A stretch of 24,689 nt of DNA from a virus (lineage: Duplodnaviria > Caudoviricetes), in the IMG/VR virus record IMGVR_UViG_3300049137_000023, positions 1-24,689 of that record. One strand, 5' to 3'. Under the pieces are notes generated by a model, which ran no database searches, was not told the DNA's origin, and worked only from the letters and a program-made list of their open reading frames with translations. The position numbers were made by a program, and so were the translations under genes. Position 1 is the stretch's first letter; each line of letters begins with the position of its first letter. Of the stretch, positions 8,288-14,862 are shown in pieces.

Positions 8288-8785
8288 ATGGCGGGCTATG
8301 GCGACGATGCAGGCTTTGCAGCCTGGCTAAGCGAAAACGGGTATACGTTGCCCGTTGGGGCGCCGTCGTCCGCCGTTCTTCGCAATCGTGGGAGCCAATA
8401 TATCGATGCGGTGTATGGCTCCCGCTTCCTCGGCTCCGTAGTTGATCCGGTTCAGGAGCGCCAGTGGCCGCGCGAGGGTGTGATCGTGAGCGGAAAGCTT
8501 ATCCCGTCCGACGTCATCCCGGTTGCCGTGATCAACGCCTCGTATCAGGCCGCATTGCAGGAGGCGAACGAACCAGGAAGCCTTTCAGCGTTCGGTTCCG
8601 CATCGAGCGGGATCAAGAGCGAGCAGGTCGGCCAAATCAAAGTAGAATACCGATCGGCATCATCCGACGGTTCGGCATCCGGCATCACGCCGCTGATATC
8701 GATCGTCGACGGAATGCTGGCACCGTTCTTGCGCGATGACAGCCTGCCTTATCTTGGCATCTGGTCTATCGGAGATCGCTGTTGA
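8288..8785 (+). CDS. Head-tail adaptor (DnaT-like annotated family)
   Basis: Motifs 'Q..QWPR', 'IPVAVINA.YQAAL', 'IKSEQVGQIKVEY' and 'VDGMLAPFL'. Confidence 0.85.
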   Translation: MAGYGDDAGFAAWLSENGYTLPVGAPSSAVLRNRGSQYIDAVYGSRFLGSVVDPVQERQWPREGVIVSGKLIPSDVIPVAVINASYQAALQEANEPGSLSAFGSASSGIKSEQVGQIKVEYRSASSDGSASGITPLISIVDGMLAPFLRDDSLPYLGIWSIGDRC

Positions 8786-8814
8786 TGCCGTGCCTGCCCG
8801 GGATTACGGGTGGT

Positions 8815-8955
8815 TTAGATATCACCCTTGGGGAGGTCGCCAGTAGCGTCCTTCATCCCCTTTTCGGCCTTCTTCACGAGCTCCCCACGGTTCTTGTCGG
8901 CATCCTTGCTGGTGCGAGCATCGTCGCTGGTGTTGTCTGGCTTCTTCTCGGTCAT
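8815..8955 (-). CDS. 46-aa charged hydrophilic protein (MTEKKPDNTSDDARTSKDADKNRGELVKKAEKGMKDATGDLPKGDI), antisense moron
   Basis: SD CAGGAG upstream of ATG 8955; fills the gap between adaptor and head-closure genes; EcfG-like promoter upstream. Confidence 0.75.
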   Translation of the reverse strand: MTEKKPDNTSDDARTSKDADKNRGELVKKAEKGMKDATGDLPKGDI

Positions 8956-8981
8956 CGCAATCTCCTGTGGTTGCACGTCAC

Positions 8982-9006
8982 AACCGAAGCTAGCGGTCAT
9001 TGTTCC
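8982..9006 (-). promoter_or_regulatory. Putative sigma-EcfG/RpoE2 (general stress response) promoter
   Basis: Minus strand GGAAC-N16-GGTT, close to the alphaproteobacterial consensus GGAAC-N16/17-CGTT; the -10 element ends 26 nt upstream of the ATG. Confidence 0.6.
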
Positions 9007-9019
9007 TCGCGAGGTGCGA

Positions 9020-9385
9020 ATGCCTAACCCAATCTACGCCCGCCTGCAGGCTACGGCACATCGCTTGCTCACCTCATATGGGCAACAGGGGACCGTAACG
9101 CGCATCACGCCTCCCGATCCTGTCGAAGGTGGAGAGCCAACCGAAACCGCTCATCCGGTCACGCTCGTGCCGATGACCTATGACCAGCGGTACATCTACG
9201 GCACGAACATCACGACGGCAGATCGGCAGATTTACATTTCCTCGGTCGGACTGGCGATCGAGCCGACGGTCGGCGACATCATCACCGCCGGCGGCAAGAC
9301 GTTCCATGTGATCGCCGGCGACCCGAACAACTACGACGGCGATACGAACGTCGTCTACATTGTTCAGGGAAGGAGCGTCGCTTGA
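9020..9385 (+). CDS. Head closure / head-tail joining protein
   Basis: SD GAGGTG before ATG 9020 (MPNPIYARLQATAHRLL); motifs 'I.GTNI...DRQ.YI' and 'EPTVGD.I'. Confidence 0.85.
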   Translation: MPNPIYARLQATAHRLLTSYGQQGTVTRITPPDPVEGGEPTETAHPVTLVPMTYDQRYIYGTNITTADRQIYISSVGLAIEPTVGDIITAGGKTFHVIAGDPNNYDGDTNVVYIVQGRSVA

Positions 9386-9387
9386 CA

Positions 9388-9417
9388 CTTGCGTATAAAA
9401 ATCCGGCGGACTATAGG
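9388..9417 (+). promoter_or_regulatory. Putative sigma70 promoter giving a leaderless GNAT mRNA
   Basis: CTTGCG-N17-CTATAG, resembling the rhizobial CTTGAC-N17-CTATAT consensus; predicted TSS at or next to ATG 9425; no SD present. Confidence 0.6.
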
Positions 9418-9424
9418 CGCCCGC

Positions 9425-9859
9425 ATGATCGACATTCGAGTTTCCACACCAGAGGATGGCGAGCGTGTGCTAGCAATTTGGCGCGCGGCCGTTGATGCCA
9501 CGCACGATTTTCTAAAGCCGGATGATCGTCTTGAACTCGACGAGATGCTTGAACGCTTCTTAGCTGAAGCGCCGCTCACGCTCGCAGTCGATCATCAGGG
9601 AACTGTGCTAGGCTTCATGTTGGTTGATGAAGGTCACATGGAGGCCCTATTCATCGATCCAGCATACCACGGGAAAGGCATTGGCCGCTTTTTGGTAGAC
9701 GTCGCCCTCAAGGCGAACCCGAACCTGACTACTGACGTCAATGAGCAGAACTCACCGGCAGTCGGATTCTACAAGAAGCTAGGCTTCCGGGAAACCGGGC
9801 GCTCGAAGCTTGACGGGCAGGGCAAGCCTTATCCGTTGATCCACCTACGGCACGATTAG
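9425..9859 (+). CDS. GNAT acetyltransferase, YjaB-like (moron)
   Basis: Motifs 'IWRAAVDATHDFL', 'LFIDPAYHGKGIGR' (acetyl-CoA binding) and 'DVNEQN..AVGFY..LGF...GRS.LDGQG.PYP'. Confidence 0.92.
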   Translation: MIDIRVSTPEDGERVLAIWRAAVDATHDFLKPDDRLELDEMLERFLAEAPLTLAVDHQGTVLGFMLVDEGHMEALFIDPAYHGKGIGRFLVDVALKANPNLTTDVNEQNSPAVGFYKKLGFRETGRSKLDGQGKPYPLIHLRHD

Positions 9860-9884
9860 CTTTTTGCGGAAACCACCTAAACCC

Positions 9885-9908
9885 AGGCTCGCTTCGGCGG
9901 GCCTTTTT
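9885..9908 (+). terminator. Rho-independent terminator of the GNAT moron
   Basis: AGGCTCGC-TTCG-GCGGGCCT-TTTT. Confidence 0.8.
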
Positions 9909-9921
9909 CATGAGAATTGCC

Positions 9922-10971
9922 ATGACTTTCGAGGAGCTGCTTGGTCAGTATGAGCCCCGCGTTGCTGCAGCTTTTCGCGACGCCATCGACGTAATCAAGT
10001 CATCCGTCGTGCTGCAAACTATCGTGGATCGCCTGGAGCGAGGCGACATCACTGGTGCCGTAGCTGCTGTGCAATTCGAGCCTGAAGCCTTCGCGGCGCT
10101 GGAAATGACGTTGCGGGAGGCTTTCAACGCTGGCGGGATCAACATGGTGCAGAGCCTGCCGTCCTTGGTCGCGCCAGATGGCACTCGAGTGCTGTTTCAG
10201 TTTGGCGTTCGCAACCTCGAAGCGGAGCGTCTTATTCGGGAGCAGTCGTCGACGCTGGTAACGAACATCACAGAGGATCAGCGCGAGGCGCTTCGATTAG
10301 CCTTTGAGGCTGGTCTGTCGCAGGGAAGGAACCCGACATCGACGGCGCTTGACGTTGTTGGGAGGGTGAACCGTATCACCGGGCGTCGGGAAGGCGGCAC
10401 CATCGGGCTCACCTCCCGGCAGGTGGAATTCATCACCCGAGCGCGCGACAGGCTCCTGTCTGGCGACCTCGAGGGCATGAAAGCTTATCTCGATCTCAAG
10501 ACGAGGGACCGCCGCTTCGACCGCACCGTGGCGAAGGCTATTCGGGAAGAGCGCCCAGTTGATGCCGCGATGGTGGGGAAGATCATCGGCCGGCTGAATG
10601 ACAATAACCTGCGGCTCCGCGGCGAAACCATCGGTCTCGAAGAAACCAGGACGGCGCTATTTTCAGTCCGCGATAATGCGATCCGTCAGCAGATCGAAGG
10701 AGGCAAGATCACATCGGCGGAAGTGACCAAGCATTGGCTTCATTCGGCTTCCGAGCATCCCCGGATGCAGCATGTCGAGATGGCCTCAAGGTATAAGGCT
10801 GAAGGGGTTCCGCTCGATCAACCTTTTGTGGCCCCGGACGGGACGCTGCTGATGTTTCCGCATGCTCCGGGCATCCCGGCAAAGCACAAGATCGGATGCA
10901 AGTGCCGGTTGGAGTATCGGATCAACTACATAGCCGCCGGTCTCCGGCGGTACCGCGCACGAGCAGCCTGA
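9922..10971 (+). CDS. Head morphogenesis / minor head protein (SPP1 gp7 / Mu gpF-like)
   Basis: C-terminal 'KHW...R.QH...VPLDQPF....G..LMFP....I.CKC' motif; alternative start at 9910. Confidence 0.85.
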   Translation: MTFEELLGQYEPRVAAAFRDAIDVIKSSVVLQTIVDRLERGDITGAVAAVQFEPEAFAALEMTLREAFNAGGINMVQSLPSLVAPDGTRVLFQFGVRNLEAERLIREQSSTLVTNITEDQREALRLAFEAGLSQGRNPTSTALDVVGRVNRITGRREGGTIGLTSRQVEFITRARDRLLSGDLEGMKAYLDLKTRDRRFDRTVAKAIREERPVDAAMVGKIIGRLNDNNLRLRGETIGLEETRTALFSVRDNAIRQQIEGGKITSAEVTKHWLHSASEHPRMQHVEMASRYKAEGVPLDQPFVAPDGTLLMFPHAPGIPAKHKIGCKCRLEYRINYIAAGLRRYRARAA

Positions 10972-11417
10972 TGGCTACGCTATCATTCGCGGCGCAGGTC
11001 GAAGGATGGGCAGAGAAAGTTCCCGAGGCTGTTGAGGCGGTACGAAATCAAAGCGCCTCCGATGTCGTCAAGGAGATGCAGACGCTTGCCAGCGAGGGCG
11101 GCCGCCTTCCATTCGAAACCGGGTTTCTCTGGGCATCCTTGATGGCTTCAACGGCTGCTATGCCAAGCATCAATCCGAACGCCCAGCCTGCGGAGGGGCG
11201 AACCTACCGTTTCGACTTCGGCACGATCGAGGCAATCATCGCCGGATCATCGCTGGAGGACGACCTCTTCTTCGGATACACGGCTGCTTATGCTGGACAT
11301 CAGGAATATGGAGCCAACGGCAGAGCGCCGGCCGGCTTTGTACGTGGTGCGGTGCAGAATTGGGATGTCCACGTTAATCGGAATGCGGAGACGGTTCGGA
11401 AGGCATTTGGTCTGTAG
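10971..11417 (+). CDS. Neck / tail completion protein (HK97 gp10-like)
   Basis: TGA/ATG coupled to the previous gene; motifs 'P.ETGFL.AS' and 'YA..QEYG.....P.GFVR'. Confidence 0.85.
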   Translation: MATLSFAAQVEGWAEKVPEAVEAVRNQSASDVVKEMQTLASEGGRLPFETGFLWASLMASTAAMPSINPNAQPAEGRTYRFDFGTIEAIIAGSSLEDDLFFGYTAAYAGHQEYGANGRAPAGFVRGAVQNWDVHVNRNAETVRKAFGL

Positions 11418-11589
11418 TGCCCTCCATCTTCATCATCATAGCCATCTGGAAGCTAAAGAGTGACAGGCGAGCAGCCTTCAGAGTGTTGTTGCCGAACTCG
11501 GTAGCGCCTTCTTCCTTGGCAAGCATGATCCACGCGTTGTGCAACGCTTCGTGAACCTCGCGGTCCGATAGGGGCGGCTTTTCTGACAT
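11374..11589 (-). CDS. 71-aa hypothetical antisense moron protein
   Basis: Fills the gap between the gp10-like and terminator genes; helical sequence (LSDREVHEALHNAWIMLA); no clear SD. Confidence 0.6.
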   Translation of the reverse strand: MSEKPPLSDREVHEALHNAWIMLAKEEGATEFGNNTLKAARLSLFSFQMAMMMKMEGTTDQMPSEPSPHSD

Positions 11590-11602
11590 AGGTGGACGGT
11601 AT

Positions 11603-12028
11603 ATGGCGACGGGAACGGACGCAATGATATTCAGCGCGCTGTCGACTCACCTCCGCACCATGTCTGGAGCTCTGCCAATCGCAGGCCCGAATGTCACGTT
11701 TCCCGCGCAGGGGCAGCCGAAGCCGGACAAGTTTCTCGCCTTGGCTTTCTTACCAAATCGACCGGTCCCTTATCCGATCGGTGACGATCCAGAGCCGAGG
11801 CGGGGCATTCTCCAGGCGTCGGTCATGTGGCCCATCGGAAACGGTTTGACCGACGCGCTCGACGTCGTCGGTCAGATCGTCAACCGGTTCAAGAACCAAA
11901 CCCTATTCGTCTCTGGCGTGAAGATCACGATCAGCAGCGAGCCGTGGGCATCGAGCCCATTCAAAGACGAGGACCGGATGAACATCCCCGTCACCATCCC
12001 CTACATCGCCTTCGAACCGGAGACCTAA
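11603..12028 (+). CDS. Tail terminator protein (DUF4128-like)
   Basis: Motifs 'PNV.F', 'GILQ.SV.WP.G.G' and 'IPVTIPY'; precedes the tail tube gene. Confidence 0.85.
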   Translation: MATGTDAMIFSALSTHLRTMSGALPIAGPNVTFPAQGQPKPDKFLALAFLPNRPVPYPIGDDPEPRRGILQASVMWPIGNGLTDALDVVGQIVNRFKNQTLFVSGVKITISSEPWASSPFKDEDRMNIPVTIPYIAFEPET

Positions 12029-12031
12029 CCC

Positions 12032-12523
12032 ATGGCGAACAAATCCACGAAAAAGGGCAGCAAGGTTTACGTCTGCGCGACCGCCCAGAACAGCGACCTA
12101 ACCGAAACCGCCTTCGAAGGCTTGACCTGGGTCCAGGTCGGTAAAGTCGGCAACATCGGCGACTTCGGCGCCGACTCCACCATGAACAGCTATAATACGC
12201 TGGACGAGGCGGTGACCCAAAAGCAGAAGGGGACGGCGAACGCCGGTGACCCGCAGATTGAGGTCGCCGATATTGCCGACGACGCCGGCCAGGTCATCCT
12301 CCGCACCTTCGGCGATCCGCTGAACCAGAACAACATGGCCATCAAGATCGAGCGGAACGACAAGCCGCAGGACGGCTGGTCGAACACGATCCTCTACAGC
12401 CGCGGCGTCGTATCCGGCCCGCTCTACCCAGGCGGCGGCTCCGATGATTTCGAACTCGCCCGCTACACCATCGGCCTCAATCAGCTGCCGATCCGCGTCA
12501 ATCCCGTAGACCTGACCCCGTAA
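12032..12523 (+). CDS. Major tail tube protein
   Basis: Motifs 'LTWVQVGKV.NIGDFG', 'K.KG.ANAG' and 'DAGQ.ILR'; SD GGAGA. Confidence 0.88.
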   Translation: MANKSTKKGSKVYVCATAQNSDLTETAFEGLTWVQVGKVGNIGDFGADSTMNSYNTLDEAVTQKQKGTANAGDPQIEVADIADDAGQVILRTFGDPLNQNNMAIKIERNDKPQDGWSNTILYSRGVVSGPLYPGGGSDDFELARYTIGLNQLPIRVNPVDLTP

Positions 12524-12532
12524 GAGGATCAC

Positions 12533-12934
12533 ATGGACATTTCCAAACTCGTCAACTCGGAAGACCTGTTCGAGCTTCACCTCGTCGACCCCAAGAGCGA
12601 GGAACGGCTCGGCATCCGTTTCATGGTCCGATCCTCCGAAAGTGATGCCGTCAAGAAGGTAGTCCGTCAGCATTCCGACAAGTTCCTTTCCAGCCGGAAA
12701 AAGAAGCTGACGACGGACAAGGTGGAGGCCGAGTACCTCGATCGCGCGGCTGCTTCTATCGCCTCCTGGGATTGGGGCGATCACAACTGGAAGGGTTCCA
12801 AGCCGGAACTGTCATTCGAATTGGCGCGTGAAGTCGTCTCGGAAGCCGGCTGGATCTATGACCAGGTCAGCGCGGCCAGCGAGGACCGCGCAAATTTTAC
12901 GAAGAGCTCGGAGAAAGGCTCTGCGAAGCCGTAG
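12533..12934 (+). CDS. Tail assembly chaperone (gpG analogue)
   Basis: Follows the tail tube gene; 'WIYDQV......RANF' near the end, with a slippery heptamer. Confidence 0.88.
   Translation: MDISKLVNSEDLFELHLVDPKSEERLGIRFMVRSSESDAVKKVVRQHSDKFLSSRKKKLTTDKVEAEYLDRAAASIASWDWGDHNWKGSKPELSFELAREVVSEAGWIYDQVSAASEDRANFTKSSEKGSAKP
12892..12898 (+). other. Programmed -1 ribosomal frameshift site A AAT TTT
   Basis: X XXY YYZ heptamer in the correct phase (GCA AAT TTT); the -1 frame is open to TAG 13266. Confidence 0.85.
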
Positions 12935-13266
12935 CGGTCACAGCCCGGTACGACAGCATCAAGGACAAGGAAGGTGAGACCCGCCGCGAAAGGAACGAGG
13001 CTTTCGAGGTGGAAAGCCCGGAGCCTGACATTCCGGACGCCGGCGGCATGCTCTGGGATTGGTTTTGGCAGATCAGGGCAGGGCAGGCGTCGGGCTTCAA
13101 CGGTGCCAACCCCGTCTCGCATTCGGAGCTGCTCGCCTGGCTGCAGATCACCGGCAACATCCTCAGGCGGGAGGAAATAGCGGTCCTTCGCGCCATGGAT
13201 TGCCGATATTGCGTTGAGATTGATCGGGAAGCGGAAGCCATCAGGGAGCGAGAGAGCGCGGCTTAG
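12898..13266 (+). CDS. Tail assembly chaperone frameshift extension (gpT analogue)
   Basis: The -1 frame reads YEELGERLCEAV...LWDWFWQIRAGQASGFNGANPVSHSELLAW...EIAVLRAMD; the 13009 ORF in the track is its distal part. Confidence 0.82.
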   Translation, partial: YEELGERLCEAVAVTARYDSIKDKEGETRRERNEAFEVESPEPDIPDAGGMLWDWFWQIRAGQASGFNGANPVSHSELLAWLQITGNILRREEIAVLRAMDCRYCVEIDREAEAIRERESAA

Positions 13267-13891
13267 CCTTCAGATCGGAGACCTTCGACTGGATGTGGTC
13301 GGACAGAGCCAAGGCGGCCTCCTGGATTGTTTTTGCTCTCTGGAGATCTTGGTCAGTACCAACGCCGTCTAAAGCATCAATGACTCGGTCGATGTACTTC
13401 TTTCGGGTCTCTAACTTCCGCTCCACCTTGCGTAGCTCAGTAACGTTCGCAGCAGATTCAGCATCGGATCGGAGCGAAAGGAGGATCTGAGGCTCGTCGT
13501 TCAAGAAGGTATATTGCTGTTCCTTCTCGCGCTGGCGCCGAAGTGCTCGTCTGGCTTCTGGAAGCGATTGATTTCGAGGGTTCCTTCCATCGATGCGCCT
13601 TTGACCTTCTTCCATTGCAATGTCTTTAGTCTCGTATGGTTCTGAAAACTCCGGCTCGCGACGGTCATTATGGTCTGCGATGCAGTACTTCCATCCGCCG
13701 TCACTCTCAAAGACGGTCAGCCGCCAGCCCTGATAAGTCGTGGTCGGGTTTCCGCTTTCGGAGGAAACCCATTGCGAGCGGCGTGTCGCGTCCGTTTTGG
13801 AAATCTGTGCATGCTGCAGGGATGAGTTGCGAAGCTTGAGCATGATCCACGCAACAAGCGCGGCGACAGCAAATAATACAACGTATTCCAT
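13241..13891 (-). CDS. Membrane-anchored hypothetical protein, 216 aa
   Basis: SD GGAGGTGG before ATG 13891; N-terminal TM segment YVVLFAVAALVAWIML; aromatic beta-rich domain followed by a helical/coiled C-terminus. Confidence 0.8.
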   Translation of the reverse strand: MEYVVLFAVAALVAWIMLKLRNSSLQHAQISKTDATRRSQWVSSESGNPTTTYQGWRLTVFESDGGWKYCIADHNDRREPEFSEPYETKDIAMEEGQRRIDGRNPRNQSLPEARRALRRQREKEQQYTFLNDEPQILLSLRSDAESAANVTELRKVERKLETRKKYIDRVIDALDGVGTDQDLQRAKTIQEAALALSDHIQSKVSDLKAKPRSLAP

Positions 13892-13962
13892 AATATCCAC
13901 CTCCACCTAAAGGGAAGGAAGCACGGCGGCAACCGGAAGTCGAGTCGGCGTGGACGGTAAAG

Positions 13963-14502
13963 TTAGCCGCCAGATCTGGCTTTATATTTCGCTAAAGCAC
14001 GACCTATAAAATCAACTTTCGCTACAATCATGACGGGGCACGCTTCCCGCTCGCAGTCCGGCGGATGGCTCGGTCGAAGATCATCAGCGCTCATCTTCTG
14101 ATCTCTCATGCGAACGCAACCCGGGCAGTCGTTCGAGATCGTGCTGTACTCGAAGAAGTCAGCATCGATAGTCTCGGCCTTCTCGACTGCGGCGCGGCGC
14201 ATGGCATTGAAGTGAGCGCGGAGGAGGGTAACCTCGTGAGCCTCAAGGGGGCGCCTTAGACCGGCTTCCGACAGTTCGGCTGCTGCGGTTTTGGATAAGA
14301 AGGCGTTCGCCCGAAGCCCCAACGCTTTCTTATCTTCCTTGCCCAGTTGCTCACCGTTCTTCCGGTAAGCCGTCGTTACCGCCCGAGGGTGCAATATAGA
14401 GCAGTCGCTGAGCATCCCAGCAATAGTTTCGACCGCTGATGACCGCAGCAACTTAAGAGAAGATACAGCTTCATGAGCGCTTTGGATGAAAATATCGCTC
14501 AT
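13963..14502 (-). CDS. Hypothetical protein, 179 aa, with a CxxC...CxxxxC putative metal site
   Basis: 'DCPGC' and 'HPPDCEREACP'; SD GAGGTG overlapping the upstream stop. Confidence 0.8.
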   Translation of the reverse strand: MSDIFIQSAHEAVSSLKLLRSSAVETIAGMLSDCSILHPRAVTTAYRKNGEQLGKEDKKALGLRANAFLSKTAAAELSEAGLRRPLEAHEVTLLRAHFNAMRRAAVEKAETIDADFFEYSTISNDCPGCVRMRDQKMSADDLRPSHPPDCEREACPVMIVAKVDFIGRALAKYKARSGG

Positions 14503-14505
14503 GCT

Positions 14506-14805
14506 TCACCTCATCAGATTGAGCATGTCGCGGCAGAGCTGTGGCGTTATTGTTTTCGTATCTACTGATTTCAGTCCGGAAACGATGATCTGCAATTTCT
14601 CCTGTGCTTCCGAATCACTATAGCCCGCCGCCTTTAATCGGCTCGGGGCCTCTGAAATGGCTGCGTCGTACGCATTGGCGTCGCCCGTAACATCCCTACA
14701 CGTGTGGGCTGTGGCAATTTTAACCGCTACCGCTTGGTAGGTGGCTGCTTTGGTGTCGGCTACGGCCACACCAGAAGCGAGCATCAAAAACAAAAGTGTT
14801 CGCAT
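14506..14805 (-). CDS. Secreted/periplasmic hypothetical protein, 99 aa
   Basis: SD AAGGAGG before ATG 14805; signal-peptide-like MRTLLFLMLASGVAVA; two Cys residues. Confidence 0.8.
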   Translation of the reverse strand: MRTLLFLMLASGVAVADTKAATYQAVAVKIATAHTCRDVTGDANAYDAAISEAPSRLKAAGYSDSEAQEKLQIIVSGLKSVDTKTITPQLCRDMLNLMR

Positions 14806-14829
14806 CGAATCCTCCTTCGTGGAGATGGG

Positions 14830-14859
14830 ACGATAGCGCTCGTTCGTGGAAAAGGACAA
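14830..14859 (-). promoter_or_regulatory. Putative sigma70 promoter of the antisense cluster
   Basis: Minus strand TTGTCC-N18-TATCGT; the -35 overlaps the tape measure SD on the + strand. Confidence 0.4.
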
Positions 14860-14862
14860 CTG

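Noticed and set aside
11592-13959. 10-bp GTGGACGGTA present at 11592 and 13950, near two antisense genes
   Set aside because: Many 10-bp matches are expected by chance in 25 kb, and the distances to the start codons differ.
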